NCBI GenBank assembly: GCA_964608495.1
Contig: CAZSOQ010000001.1
Location: 8,376 to 72,375, forward strand
Length of the DNA: 64,000 nt
Reading direction: 5' to 3'
From: an uncultured Armatimonadia bacterium
GTDB taxonomy: Bacteria; Armatimonadota; Zipacnadia; Zipacnadales; FEN-943
Shown: positions 9,449-19,381 of the stretch, piece after piece
How the letters are laid out: every line of letters begins with the position of its first letter
Numbering within the stretch: position 1 is the first letter of the stretch
The notes under the pieces: model-generated
Database searches by the model: none
Seen by the model: only the letters and a program-made list of their open reading frames with translations
What the model was told of the DNA's origin: nothing
Made by a program: the position numbers and the translations under genes

Positions 9449-10705
9449 ATGGCCCTGAGAGTAAAGGTCCGCAAGGAGCTGCACATCAAGGCTCCCGATC
9501 CGCATATCGCGGTCTACGCCCACAACCCCACCTATGTGAGCCCCAGGGGCGTCGCCCTGATCGAGGCGGCGAAGGAAGAGGCGCGCACGCCCGCCGGGCG
9601 CTACTACGACCGGCGGATCTACCGCCGGCGCTCCGAGGACAACGGGCGCACCTCGGCCGACGAGCCGCCGCTGTCGGTGAAGACCGATGAGGACATCGAG
9701 CGCGGCGGGGAGTGTCGCACGGTGCCCATGCACTTCCTCGACCCCGACAACGGTCTGCTCCTCGCGGTGCACACGGTGCACGAGCGCGCGGGGACCGACA
9801 CGGGGTTCGACTCCGCCGGGGACCTGTCCTCGCGCACCCAGCGGCTGCGCCACGAGGTATCGCGCGACGAGGGGCGCACGTGGGAGGACCTGGGGCTCAT
9901 TGTGATGTCCGGCGATGAGTATGACGAGACGCACTGGGGGCCGGGCCTGTGGTACGGCAGGAACGGCGCACACGCGGACATGCCGCCCTGGGTCAAGCTC
10001 CCGGACGGAACGGTCGTGTGGGGCCTCAGCCTTCAGCCGGTGGACGAGAGGGGCGAGCTGTACAGCCCCTACGGCGGCTACTTCCTCGAGGTGGCCGCGA
10101 TGCGTGGGCGATGGCGCGAGGACCTGTCGGGCCTGGCCTGGGAGATGGGCGAGACGATCAGGGTCGGGCCGGAGGAGTCCTCGGTGGGCTGCTGCGAGCC
10201 GGCCATGGCGCACCTGGGCGGCGAGCGGCTGTTCGTGACGATGCGCTGCCAGGGCGACGAAGGCAAAGGCTTCCCGAGCCTGAAGTTCACGAGCCTGTCG
10301 GAGGACGGGGGCCTGACGTGGTCGAGGCCCGTGCCCCTGCGCTACGACGACGGTGAGCTGGTGCACTCGCCGGCATCGCTGGCGGAGTTCGTGCGGCCGA
10401 GCTGGTCGGATCGGCTGTACTGGATCGCCAATGTCAGCCCGGAGCCGGTGTACTTCCAGACGCCGCGGTACCCGCTGTACATCGGGGAGGTAGACCAGGA
10501 CAGGCTGTGCCTGATCAGGGAGTCGCTGCGGGTGATTGACGACTGGCGGGAAGGGCTGCCCAGGGACGTGCGGTTCACCAACTGGGGGAGCTACGAGGAC
10601 CGCGAGACAGGGGAGATCGTGCTGACCCTGCCGGAGGAGCCGAAGGTGAGCTGGGAGGACCTCACGTCGGATTGCTACAGGTACCGCATCGAGGTGGAGG
10701 AGTAG
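9449..10705 (+). CDS. BNR/Asp-box repeat protein, sialidase-like glycosyl hydrolase
   Basis: Asp-box motifs SRDEGRTWED and SEDGGLTWS, plus a partial SEDNGRTS. GGAGG lies 9 nt upstream of the ATG at 9449. Confidence 0.6.
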   Translation: MALRVKVRKELHIKAPDPHIAVYAHNPTYVSPRGVALIEAAKEEARTPAGRYYDRRIYRRRSEDNGRTSADEPPLSVKTDEDIERGGECRTVPMHFLDPDNGLLLAVHTVHERAGTDTGFDSAGDLSSRTQRLRHEVSRDEGRTWEDLGLIVMSGDEYDETHWGPGLWYGRNGAHADMPPWVKLPDGTVVWGLSLQPVDERGELYSPYGGYFLEVAAMRGRWREDLSGLAWEMGETIRVGPEESSVGCCEPAMAHLGGERLFVTMRCQGDEGKGFPSLKFTSLSEDGGLTWSRPVPLRYDDGELVHSPASLAEFVRPSWSDRLYWIANVSPEPVYFQTPRYPLYIGEVDQDRLCLIRESLRVIDDWREGLPRDVRFTNWGSYEDRETGEIVLTLPEEPKVSWEDLTSDCYRYRIEVEE

Positions 10706-10920
10706 TGATCGGTCCGTTGTACTTGCGGGTTGGCCGGAGGCCATGCCCGCGGGGGTGGATGGTGGTGTGGTCCGTCGGGCCACCGCAGGGCTACTGCTGC
10801 AGGCGCGCCACGAGGGGACCACAGCAGCGCCACCACCGCAGGCGCCTCGGCTTGTGGCACGAACCGCGCGCGGCCCCTTGCGTCTTGAGGTTATGAGGGG
10901 TGAAACGGGTTCACCACCTG

Positions 10921-11060
10921 TGCGGTTGTTCAAGGCTCTTTGTATGCCTTCTCGTCAGTTTATGTGTGCCAAATTTGACATTACGTTAACTCCTGTTATG
11001 GGACCCAGCAGGGCTGAAGCGGCCAATACGGGTGTGGTGGTCAGACGAGATATGTTTCTG
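10921..11060 (+). promoter_or_regulatory. Locally AT-richer island containing a consensus -35 hexamer TTGACA (10975-10980) about 290 bp upstream of the 11266 gene; candidate promoter or leader
   Basis: GC drops sharply relative to the flanks. TTGACA is followed by a weak -10-like TTATGG after 15-17 nt. Confidence 0.3.
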
Positions 11061-11265
11061 TGGCTGAGACTTGTCCGCGCGGACCGGCACCCTTCGCTAT
11101 CCTTCCCAGCCCTTTGCAAGCACGTGCAGGGACCGCCGCGTCGCAGTGGCCTCGCGGTGCGCGCTCGGGCAGGTCTGCGGGGCGCGCGGGGCGAAGCTGC
11201 GTCCCACGGGGCGGCCGGCGGCTGGGTGAGGGACCGGTGATCGGCCCGCCCTGATCTGTAGAGAG

Positions 11266-14190
11266 GTGCGGCCAATCGTGCGACTCGCCATGGCTCTACT
11301 GTGCTTGCCCGCGGCGGTGAACGCGGCGCCGAAGATCGCGATCTTCAGCGAACCGGACTTCCCCTACTACATGGCTGACGGCAAGGACGGCCCGCGGCTC
11401 TTCCAGGACCTGTACCAGGCCGTGGGCTTCGAGGCCGACCTGCTGTCGGCTCGGGAGCTGGCCGACCCCGCGAGGTTCAACGCGGGGGCCTACGCGGCCC
11501 TCGTGCACGTCTACGGCAACACGTTCCCGCTGGAGGCCTTGGAGAACCTGGTCGCCTTCCACAAGGCGGGCGGCTGCCTGATCCTCGTCAGCGGCGTGCC
11601 CTTCTGCCACCCCGTCGTGGCTAGCGGCGCTTCGGGGTGGGCCTTCGAGGGCGGCGGCCGCAGCGGGCGCGTGGTGGGGCAGGTCCACTCCGGCCGCGCG
11701 GCCTTCCGCCTTCACCATCCGCGCGAGGACGGCTGGACCGGCCCCGCCTGCGCGAGGCTCGCGGTGAAGCCGGGCGAGACCTATGTGGTGGGCGGATGGG
11801 CGAAGGTCGAGCAGGTGATGCCCGCCCATGAGAAGAGCGTCATCTACCTGCGTTTCTTCAATGCGGACGGGGAGTTCATCGGGCAGGCGGGCCCGGCGAT
11901 GCCTCACCAGGTCTGCGACTGGACGCGCCTCGAGCAGGAGGTCACGGTGCCGGAGGGCGCGGCGACGGCCGATGTGTCGCCCCAGCTCTGGTCGCCCCAG
12001 GGCGAGCTGCTGCTGGACGACCTGTTCCTGTTCCGCGGCGGCGAGAGAGGCGAGAACCTGGCGCCCAACCCGTCGTTCGAGGAGCCGGGCGGCGGCTGGG
12101 TGGACCTGGGCCACGACGGCAAGTACCAGACGCATGACCAGGGCATCGGCACGGGCGGGTTCCTCAACACCGAGAACCCCGGCGACTTCAGCCTGACCAG
12201 CGCCGGGAAGAGCATCGGGCTGGACGTCTTCCGGTGGAATCTGCTGCCCGGCCCGGGCTTTGCGCAGACGCTGGCCGCTTCGAGCCTGCCGCCGGAGGAT
12301 GAGGTCAGGCCGCTGGTGTCCCTGGTGCGACCCGACACGGGTGCGCCCAGCGACGTGCACCCGGCGGTGATGATCGCCCACCAGTGCGGCGAGTTCAAGG
12401 GCGCCGTAGACGTGTGGTGCCGAAGCCACTGCGCCCCGCTCGACGGGCGGCCTCTCTATCACGTCGTTCTCAAGTCAACGATCGAGGTGTTCCGGACGAA
12501 GGGCCTGCTGTCCCAGGCCGAGGCCGGGGCGCGGGCAGCGGAGGTGGACAAGACTGTGGGCACCGGCGAGAAGGTCTACAGGCCTGTTGCGGAGCCGCGC
12601 CCCTTCGACACGCCCTGGCCGCGCTCGAAGAAGCCGGCGGAAACCATCCTCGTGTGCGATGTCTCGCAGGCGCCCCCGGACGAGGAGTTCGCGCTGGCGG
12701 TGCTTCAGGGGCTGGTGAACCGCGAGCTGCCGCGGCTGTACCTCGTCCACAGTCGCTATGCCGAGCAGGACCGGCAGTGGCTGGCGGAGCTGGAGTTCGA
12801 GGGCCTGAAGACCCAGCCGATCAGCCCCGAGGAGGCCTGGCACCGGTTCGGCGACGCGGCCAAGGGCGTCGTCCTGTACGACCGGGCGATCCTGGAGGAG
12901 ATCGGGGCCTATCACGCGGACCGTCTGAACCTGACGAACGTGATCCTGATGGTGTGTGGGTTGAACGACGCTGTGCCCAGGGCCGTCGGCGCGGACGAGA
13001 TGGTGTCCTCGCCGCAGCCCGTGGTGCTGGACACGCGGGGCAAGTGGCAGACGCCCTACGATATGTACCGCTGGGCCTATGAGAACCTGTGGCCGCGGAT
13101 GAACCACCACATCCTCGCCACGCTCTACCCGGGCATCTTCTACCTGACCGACTACCTGGTCGAGCACCGCATCTTCACCTTCTGGTTCGGCTCGGAGCGC
13201 ACGCTGCGCGAGCAGGAGATGCTGGAGACCATCCTGGCCTCCACGCCGCCGAACACGCCCATCATCGGCTGGTGGTTCTGCTGGATGCCCAACGTCCAGG
13301 ACCCGTCGCACCGGGCGGCGGACTGCGTGGGCGAGGGCCCGGGTGTGCAGATGGGCTCGTCGTTCGCCAAGTTCCTGACGCCCTCGCACGAGTGCACGAA
13401 CCTGAGTGTCCACTCGGGGATGCCGCTGATGGGGTACAAGCACAAGCCGGTGAGCAATCCCGTGGAGCTCGACCGGTCGAAGGTGTACTACAGCTTCATC
13501 ATGTCCGACGGGGACAACCTCGGCGAATGTCTGATGATGCGGCGGCGCCAGGCCCGGTGGGACGTGCCGCAGCGGGGGCAGGTGCCGGTGGGGTGGTCGT
13601 TCGCGCCCGCGGCGGCGGTGCTCGCGCCGCCGGTGCTGAACTACTACCTGCGCACGGCCACCGAGGCGGACCTGCTGGCCGGCGGCCTCGGGATAGCCTA
13701 CACGCAGCCGGACCAGTACGCGACGGCCTTCGGCGACGAGCGCGACCGGATCTTCGCCGAGTACGCGCGGATGACGGCGGATGCCCTGGCGCCGCTGGAT
13801 ACGGGAGCCCTGTGGCTCATCGGCGGCTCCAGGGCGAACGTCAGCCGCTACGCCGAGGCGGGCCCGCCCCTGCGCGCCCTGTTCCCTGACTACGGGACGG
13901 GCACGAAGCGCTCCTACGAGAGCGTGACCTACATGGACGCAAAGGACGTGGCGGTCTTCCGGGCGGTCACGGGCTGGGGCGGCGGTGAGCGATACGCGGA
14001 CCGGCTGGTGCGCGAGATCCAGGGAGCCTCCGACGGCGTGCGGCCGGCCTTCCTGCACGTGTTCCTGCTCAACTGGGGCACGGACCTGCCCGCCCTGCAG
14101 GAGGTCATGAGCCGGCTGGGCGATGGGTACGTGTGCGTGAGGCCCGACGAGCTGGAGAGGCTGTTCCGCGAGGCCCGAGCAGCCAGGTAG
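11266..14190 (+). CDS. Secreted multidomain protein: GATase1-like/beta-gal trimerisation-like N-domain, CBM4/9-like sugar-binding module, and a large C-terminal domain of unknown function
   Basis: Signal peptide MRPIVRLAMALLCLPAAVNA. ENLAPNPSFEEPGGGW is the hallmark start of a CBM_4_9 module. Hydrophobicity and codon usage are coherent across 974 aa. Confidence 0.5.
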   Translation: MRPIVRLAMALLCLPAAVNAAPKIAIFSEPDFPYYMADGKDGPRLFQDLYQAVGFEADLLSARELADPARFNAGAYAALVHVYGNTFPLEALENLVAFHKAGGCLILVSGVPFCHPVVASGASGWAFEGGGRSGRVVGQVHSGRAAFRLHHPREDGWTGPACARLAVKPGETYVVGGWAKVEQVMPAHEKSVIYLRFFNADGEFIGQAGPAMPHQVCDWTRLEQEVTVPEGAATADVSPQLWSPQGELLLDDLFLFRGGERGENLAPNPSFEEPGGGWVDLGHDGKYQTHDQGIGTGGFLNTENPGDFSLTSAGKSIGLDVFRWNLLPGPGFAQTLAASSLPPEDEVRPLVSLVRPDTGAPSDVHPAVMIAHQCGEFKGAVDVWCRSHCAPLDGRPLYHVVLKSTIEVFRTKGLLSQAEAGARAAEVDKTVGTGEKVYRPVAEPRPFDTPWPRSKKPAETILVCDVSQAPPDEEFALAVLQGLVNRELPRLYLVHSRYAEQDRQWLAELEFEGLKTQPISPEEAWHRFGDAAKGVVLYDRAILEEIGAYHADRLNLTNVILMVCGLNDAVPRAVGADEMVSSPQPVVLDTRGKWQTPYDMYRWAYENLWPRMNHHILATLYPGIFYLTDYLVEHRIFTFWFGSERTLREQEMLETILASTPPNTPIIGWWFCWMPNVQDPSHRAADCVGEGPGVQMGSSFAKFLTPSHECTNLSVHSGMPLMGYKHKPVSNPVELDRSKVYYSFIMSDGDNLGECLMMRRRQARWDVPQRGQVPVGWSFAPAAAVLAPPVLNYYLRTATEADLLAGGLGIAYTQPDQYATAFGDERDRIFAEYARMTADALAPLDTGALWLIGGSRANVSRYAEAGPPLRALFPDYGTGTKRSYESVTYMDAKDVAVFRAVTGWGGGERYADRLVREIQGASDGVRPAFLHVFLLNWGTDLPALQEVMSRLGDGYVCVRPDELERLFREARAAR

Positions 14191-14225
14191 TGCTGCCGTG
14201 ATGCCAGGGCACCCGGAAGGCACCA

Positions 14226-14242
14226 GGACGCGATCTGCGTCC
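14226..14242 (+). terminator. Hairpin GGACGC-gatct-GCGTCC downstream of the CBM protein gene; putative terminator
   Basis: 6-bp perfect inverted repeat 36 nt after the stop at 14190. Confidence 0.3.
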
Positions 14243-14334
14243 CGCGCGACTCGATCGGCCATGGGAGCGCGAGCCGCCCGCCGAGGCGCGGGGAGAGGGA
14301 GATGACCCGATGGCGCTGACAGGGAAGTGCGGCG

Positions 14335-14850
14335 ATGCCGCCAGTGTGTGACGCGAGAACGATCTGCTCCCGGTGCGGCAGGGAGGTCCCGGCGGCGGAG
14401 GCCCTGGGCATTGACGGCGAGCCGGTCTGCCGGCGATGTTTGCACGGTGACGCCCGGCCGTACCTGATGTACCCGATCGGCTATGTCCGCAACGACCTTT
14501 CTCGCCCCGAGAGCGGCTTCGGCACCAGGGGCGGAGACCGCGTCTCGCGCATCGAGCTCTTGCCGACGATGGCGCCGTTCACGCAGGGCCTGGCCGACGA
14601 GAAGCACCTGACCGTCGTCTACGTTCTGCACAAGAGCCCGGGTGTCCGCACGGTCTTCGCCCGCGGCTGGGACGGCAAACGCGTTGGCATGTTCGCCTCA
14701 CGGACGCCAGACCGCATCAACCCGATCGCGGTAACCGAGGTGCGGCTGCTACGGGTCGAGGGGGCTAGGCTCTTCGTGGAGGGCTTGGACGCCGTGGATG
14801 GCAGCCCCGTTCTCGACCTCAAGATGGGGCAAGCGGCCTTCCACGACTAG
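14335..14850 (+). CDS. trmO: tRNA (adenine37-N6)-methyltransferase TrmO/TsaA family, with an N-terminal CxxC...CxxC extension
   Basis: PIGYVRN...RIELL...EKHLTVVYVLH...FASRTPDRINPIAVTEVRLL...GLDAVDGSPVLDLK matches the TsaA/YaeB family. The start could instead be the ATG at 14467 (MYPIGYV). Confidence 0.65.
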   Translation: MPPVCDARTICSRCGREVPAAEALGIDGEPVCRRCLHGDARPYLMYPIGYVRNDLSRPESGFGTRGGDRVSRIELLPTMAPFTQGLADEKHLTVVYVLHKSPGVRTVFARGWDGKRVGMFASRTPDRINPIAVTEVRLLRVEGARLFVEGLDAVDGSPVLDLKMGQAAFHD

Positions 14851-15133
14851 GCCCGCGCCGCGCAGCTCGCGACCCATAGCGCCCCACTCCCGAGCTGTTG
14901 CCCCAAGGTGTAGGTGTCTATCCCGCGTCCCCTGCCCCGCAGATTCCTCTTGCAGGGATGACCTGCGCCATATAGGATACGCGGGCTCAGCGATACTGGG
15001 GCTGAGCGTTCCCGGTTGGTGTACAGGTAGTGAGCGGGCCCGGCGCCGAGAGCGGCGTACGGGCCTCATTCAGCCGGGCAGCATGGCCCCTGGAGGTCCC
15101 AGGAGGGCCTCTGCCGACGGAGGGTCTCCGCCG

Positions 15134-17530
15134 ATGAGGCGAAGGTGTGTCGCTGGCAGCTCCGTGAGTTGGTGTGCCCCCACTGCCGCGTTCAGCCGAG
15201 GGACGGCCCGTGCCTGGTCCTGGGGCCTTGCGCTTGTGCTGGTCGCCTTCGCCGCCGTAGGGGCGAGGGCGGATGGCCGGCCGGGGGACTTCAGCGGCGA
15301 CGGTGCGGTCACGCTGGACGACCTTCCCGGCTTCGCGCAGGCCTGGGAGACCGCCCGAGGGGGCGGCGAGGTGGATCCCCGCGGCGACATGGACGGGAAC
15401 CAGGTTCTCGACCACCTCGACGCAAGGCTTCTGCTCGAGGCCATCCTGAACCCGAACCCGGGCATGTCCACGGCGGAGCGCCTGGCGGCGATGGACGCCG
15501 TGCGGGACGAGTTCCAGACCGTAGTGGACGCGCCCTTCGAGACCTTCCGGGACACGATGCAGGCCTTCCTGCAGTCAAGGCCGGAGTTCACCGAGGTGCG
15601 CGTGATCAACAACTCGGTGTGCGGGCGGTTCACGGACGGTCAGTGGCTGGCGCTGGACTGGACCCCGGCACCGGACCCGAACTGGTCAGCTCCCGTCGCA
15701 CCGGCTGGTGTGCTGCCCCGGCCGGCCGGCGCCGGGACGGCGTCGGCGCGAGCGATGGCTGCCCCAGCAGCGGGCGGCGGGCCGCCGGCTGGCGTCTCGC
15801 CGGCCCAGGCCGTGGGCAACACCGCCATTCCGCCGCCAGGGCCGGTGCCTCTGTACAACGCGATGGGCAATGCCTACTCGGACCTGGCGGGCTGGTTGTA
15901 TAACTGCTTCAAATCGCGCGGCTATACGAACGAGTACCCGCCCTTTGACCACGTGGCCACGGTCAGTGACTTGATGTCGCTCTCGGCGCTGAAGCCTATG
16001 GCGGTGCTCTACTACAGCGCGCATGGCGGGTCCGCGCCCGACTGGGCGAGCGGGGTAACTACGGGCCACGTGAGCACGGCCACTAAGGTGACGGCGGAGA
16101 CGGAGGAGGAGTACGCGGGGGAGCTGTGGCTGGGGAATCTCATCCGGGTGGAGGCCGGCTTCGACAAGGGCCCCGGCGACAAGACCCAGGTCGCGGAGCT
16201 CTACGCCATCACGTCGGGTTTCGTCATCACCTACTGGACCTTCGCCCAGAACAGCCTGGTGGACATTTCGGCGTGCTACAGCAACGCCGCGGACTTCGGC
16301 GCCGCCTGCGTGGGCAAAGGGGCCTCGGTCTACGCCGGGTGGAGCAACTCGGTGGGGGACGGCGTGGCGGCCGACTTCGACGAGTTCTTCTTCGGCCGCC
16401 TCCTGGGCATGAACGCCGCCGAGCCGAAGTACGACCCGCCCGTGCGGCCCTTCGCCTGGCCCGAGGTCTACGCCGAGGCCCAGCGGAGGAAGCTGACCGT
16501 GGACGCCTCGAACGGCGCCACCCTGACCATGACGGGGAGCGCGGGCTCGTCGCTGGGCCCCCTGGCGCCGGTGATTGACAACGCCGCCATCGTCGAGCGC
16601 GCCCCCGACCAGAGCGACCTGATCCTCAACGGCAAGTTCGGGGTGGACCCCGGCGCCGAGAAGCGGCAGGTCTTCGTGGGCGCCGGCAGCGACACGCTGG
16701 AGGTCACGAGCTGGCAGCCCGAGCAGGTGAAGTGCGATCTGCCGGTCACCGGAGCCAAGTCCAGCGGCGACATCCAGGTCGTCGTCCACGGCGTCTACAG
16801 CAACGTCATCCCCATCAGCGAGTGGCAGGGCACCGTCACCTGGACTCTCAAGAGCTATGGCACCTGCCAGCAGAAGATCACCGTGGACTTCCGCATCCGC
16901 GGCGACGTCCATCCCTACCGCGAGAAGCTGTCGGAGGACAAGCCCACCCAGCCCACTGACCGGTACCTCCAGTGCACGGGCAAGAAGGGCGCCGGCAGCT
17001 ACGAGTGCAAGGGCCAGTACGCCCTGGGCAACTACAAGGAGGTCTGGTCGGGCTCGGGCAGCTTCGACGTCGGCAATCCGGTGAACGTCAACGACTGGGG
17101 CAGCGCCTGGTTCACCGTCGACTCCATCGCCAAGAAGGTGAAGTTCGTCTTCATGGGCACCAGCACCTATATGCCCGGCGGCCACGGCTGCACCTACGAC
17201 ATCACCGAGGGCGTCTACCATCACATAGACCACCAGAACGTATGGATCGGCGATGAGGGCTTCGACGGCGCTGATGATCGCGGGATGCCCTGCATGCTGC
17301 TGGACCTGGACGACAGCTACGGCTTCGCCGCGGGCAAGCGCACGGGCCACCGGGAGGGCGGCCAGGTCGGCGGGGACATCACCATCGAGTGGACGGACTT
17401 CAAGTGCACGCACCCACCAACATCCCCCACTCACCAGGCGGCGGCGCCGTTCCTGCGCGGCGGCCGGCTGCGGGCCACGGCGTCAAGCCTGGCCGGTCTG
17501 CTCCCGCGGCTCCTGGGCCGCCTGGGCTGA
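15134..17530 (+). CDS. Secreted dockerin-domain protein, possible clan-CD (gingipain/caspase-like) cysteine peptidase, with a C-terminal beta-rich domain
   Basis: Dockerin type I Ca-binding repeats DFSGDGAVTLDDL and DMDGNQVLDHLDARLLLEAIL. YYSAHGGS and DISACYSN resemble a His-Gly / Ala-Cys catalytic dyad. The start at 15134 follows GGAGGG. The ORF appears to read through at its C-terminus; the end point is uncertain. Confidence 0.5.
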   Translation: MRRRCVAGSSVSWCAPTAAFSRGTARAWSWGLALVLVAFAAVGARADGRPGDFSGDGAVTLDDLPGFAQAWETARGGGEVDPRGDMDGNQVLDHLDARLLLEAILNPNPGMSTAERLAAMDAVRDEFQTVVDAPFETFRDTMQAFLQSRPEFTEVRVINNSVCGRFTDGQWLALDWTPAPDPNWSAPVAPAGVLPRPAGAGTASARAMAAPAAGGGPPAGVSPAQAVGNTAIPPPGPVPLYNAMGNAYSDLAGWLYNCFKSRGYTNEYPPFDHVATVSDLMSLSALKPMAVLYYSAHGGSAPDWASGVTTGHVSTATKVTAETEEEYAGELWLGNLIRVEAGFDKGPGDKTQVAELYAITSGFVITYWTFAQNSLVDISACYSNAADFGAACVGKGASVYAGWSNSVGDGVAADFDEFFFGRLLGMNAAEPKYDPPVRPFAWPEVYAEAQRRKLTVDASNGATLTMTGSAGSSLGPLAPVIDNAAIVERAPDQSDLILNGKFGVDPGAEKRQVFVGAGSDTLEVTSWQPEQVKCDLPVTGAKSSGDIQVVVHGVYSNVIPISEWQGTVTWTLKSYGTCQQKITVDFRIRGDVHPYREKLSEDKPTQPTDRYLQCTGKKGAGSYECKGQYALGNYKEVWSGSGSFDVGNPVNVNDWGSAWFTVDSIAKKVKFVFMGTSTYMPGGHGCTYDITEGVYHHIDHQNVWIGDEGFDGADDRGMPCMLLDLDDSYGFAAGKRTGHREGGQVGGDITIEWTDFKCTHPPTSPTHQAAAPFLRGGRLRATASSLAGLLPRLLGRLG

Positions 17531-17653
17531 CGGCCCGGGCGCGGCCCCGGGCACCCTCGCGCCGGTGCCTGGCGCGCCCGAGCAGCGGGGAGGGAGCGCC
17601 CGGCTCGGGCCGAACCCCGTTGCCATCACGAGCCCCTTCGCGGAGGAGAGACC

Positions 17654-19336
17654 ATGAGCCGGGGAACGATGCTTCTTGGCGTGCTGCTGCTGTCCACGGC
17701 CCGACTGCCCGCCTTTGAGGAGCTGGCGCCGGAGCAGGCCTGGTTCGAGCAGGCGCGGTTCGGGATGTTCATCCACTGGGGGGCCTACTCGCTCCGAGGC
17801 GTCGAGGCGAGCTGGCCGCTGTTCTCCGGCCAGGTGCCCCGCGAGGAGTACGAGGCGCTGCCGGCCCGGTTCGACCCCACGCAATTCGACGCGCGGGCCG
17901 TCGCGCGACTGGCCAAGCGCGCGGGGATGAAGTACCTCATCCTGACGAGCAAGCACCACGACGGCTTCGCGATGTTCGATACGAAGCTGAGCGACTACTC
18001 CATCGCGCACGCGCCCTACGGCCGGGACATCTGCCGGATGATGATGGACGCGGCGCGGGCCGAGGGGCTGCGCGTGGGGTTCTACTTCTCGCTGTGCGAC
18101 TGGCACCATCCGGACTACATGACCGCGCAGCCGACTGGGGACCCCGGGCCGGGGCTGCTGCCGCTGGAGCTGGACCCGGCGCGGTGGGAGCGCTTCGTGC
18201 GGTTCATGCACGGGCAGGTGCGGGAGCTGTGTACGAACTACGGCAAGCTGGACGTGATGTGGTTCGACGGGGGCTGGGAGCGGACCGCGGAGCAGTGGAA
18301 GTCCGAGGGACTGCACGCCATGATCCGGGAGCTGCAGAGCCCGATCCTCATCAACAACCGCGGAAGCGGGGGCTTTGGTGACTACGCCACGCCTGAGCAG
18401 ACGGTGCCGGGCCGGGGCATGAGCGGGCCGTGGGAAACCTGCATGACCATCAACGGGACCTGGGCCTACAACCCCAACGACCGCAACTTCAAGTCGGCGG
18501 ACGATCTCCTGACGGTTCTGGCGAGCACGGCGAGCGGCGGGGGGAATCTGCTGCTGAACGTCGGGCCCATGCCGACCGGCGAGATCCAGCCGGAGTTCGT
18601 CGAGCGGCTGGAGGCGATGGGGCGCTGGCTGGCGGTCAACGGGGCCTCGATCTATGGGACGGACGCGGGCCCGCCCAGGATGAGCCCGGAGAACCGGGTG
18701 ACGATGGCGAAGCGGCGGCTCTACGTGCACCTGCTGGCGCCGCCGGAGGACGGCAAGCTGGTCCTCCACGCATTGCGCAACGAGGTGCTGGACGCGCATC
18801 TGCTGAGCACCAAGCAGGCGCTGGGCGTCTCGCGAGCCGGTGACGAGGTGACGGTGGACCTGAGCGGGTTGAGCGGGGACCTGAAGCACGAGGTCGTGGT
18901 GGTGCGGTTCAGCGGGGACCTGGACGCGTCGGAGGTGTTCGAGGCTGGGGCGGACGGGGTCGTGTCGCTGGCGGCGAGGGACGTGACGGCCCATGGGCGT
19001 GCCGTGTGCTACCAGGAAGGGTACGACGACATCGGCTGCTGGTGGGAGCTGGGGGACTGGGTGAGCTGGAAGGTCCGCGTGGCGCGGGAGGGCGACTGCG
19101 ACGTGGTGGTGAACCAGGGAGCGCCGCCGGGACAGGGAGGGACCTACGTGCTGTACGTGGGCGACCAGGGCGTCCTGGCGACGGTGACGGAGACCACGGG
19201 CTGGACAGACTACCGGGAGGTGACGGTGGGGCGGGTCCACCTCAAGCCCGGGGTCCACGAGCTGAGCCTTAGGCCGCACGCGCTGAAGGCCTTCGCGCTG
19301 ATGAACGTGAAGTGGGTGAAGCTGGTGCCGCGCTAG
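17654..19336 (+). CDS. Alpha-L-fucosidase, glycoside hydrolase family 29, with a C-terminal beta-sandwich (CBM-like) domain
   Basis: FGMFIHWGAYS, KYLILTSKHHDGFAMFDT, MWFDGGW and WETCMTINGTWAY are canonical GH29 blocks. A signal peptide is present. Confidence 0.85.
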   Translation: MSRGTMLLGVLLLSTARLPAFEELAPEQAWFEQARFGMFIHWGAYSLRGVEASWPLFSGQVPREEYEALPARFDPTQFDARAVARLAKRAGMKYLILTSKHHDGFAMFDTKLSDYSIAHAPYGRDICRMMMDAARAEGLRVGFYFSLCDWHHPDYMTAQPTGDPGPGLLPLELDPARWERFVRFMHGQVRELCTNYGKLDVMWFDGGWERTAEQWKSEGLHAMIRELQSPILINNRGSGGFGDYATPEQTVPGRGMSGPWETCMTINGTWAYNPNDRNFKSADDLLTVLASTASGGGNLLLNVGPMPTGEIQPEFVERLEAMGRWLAVNGASIYGTDAGPPRMSPENRVTMAKRRLYVHLLAPPEDGKLVLHALRNEVLDAHLLSTKQALGVSRAGDEVTVDLSGLSGDLKHEVVVVRFSGDLDASEVFEAGADGVVSLAARDVTAHGRAVCYQEGYDDIGCWWELGDWVSWKVRVAREGDCDVVVNQGAPPGQGGTYVLYVGDQGVLATVTETTGWTDYREVTVGRVHLKPGVHELSLRPHALKAFALMNVKWVKLVPR

Positions 19337-19381
19337 AGGTGCGGCCGTCACGAGGGACGACCAGAGCAGGGAGGAAAGCGG

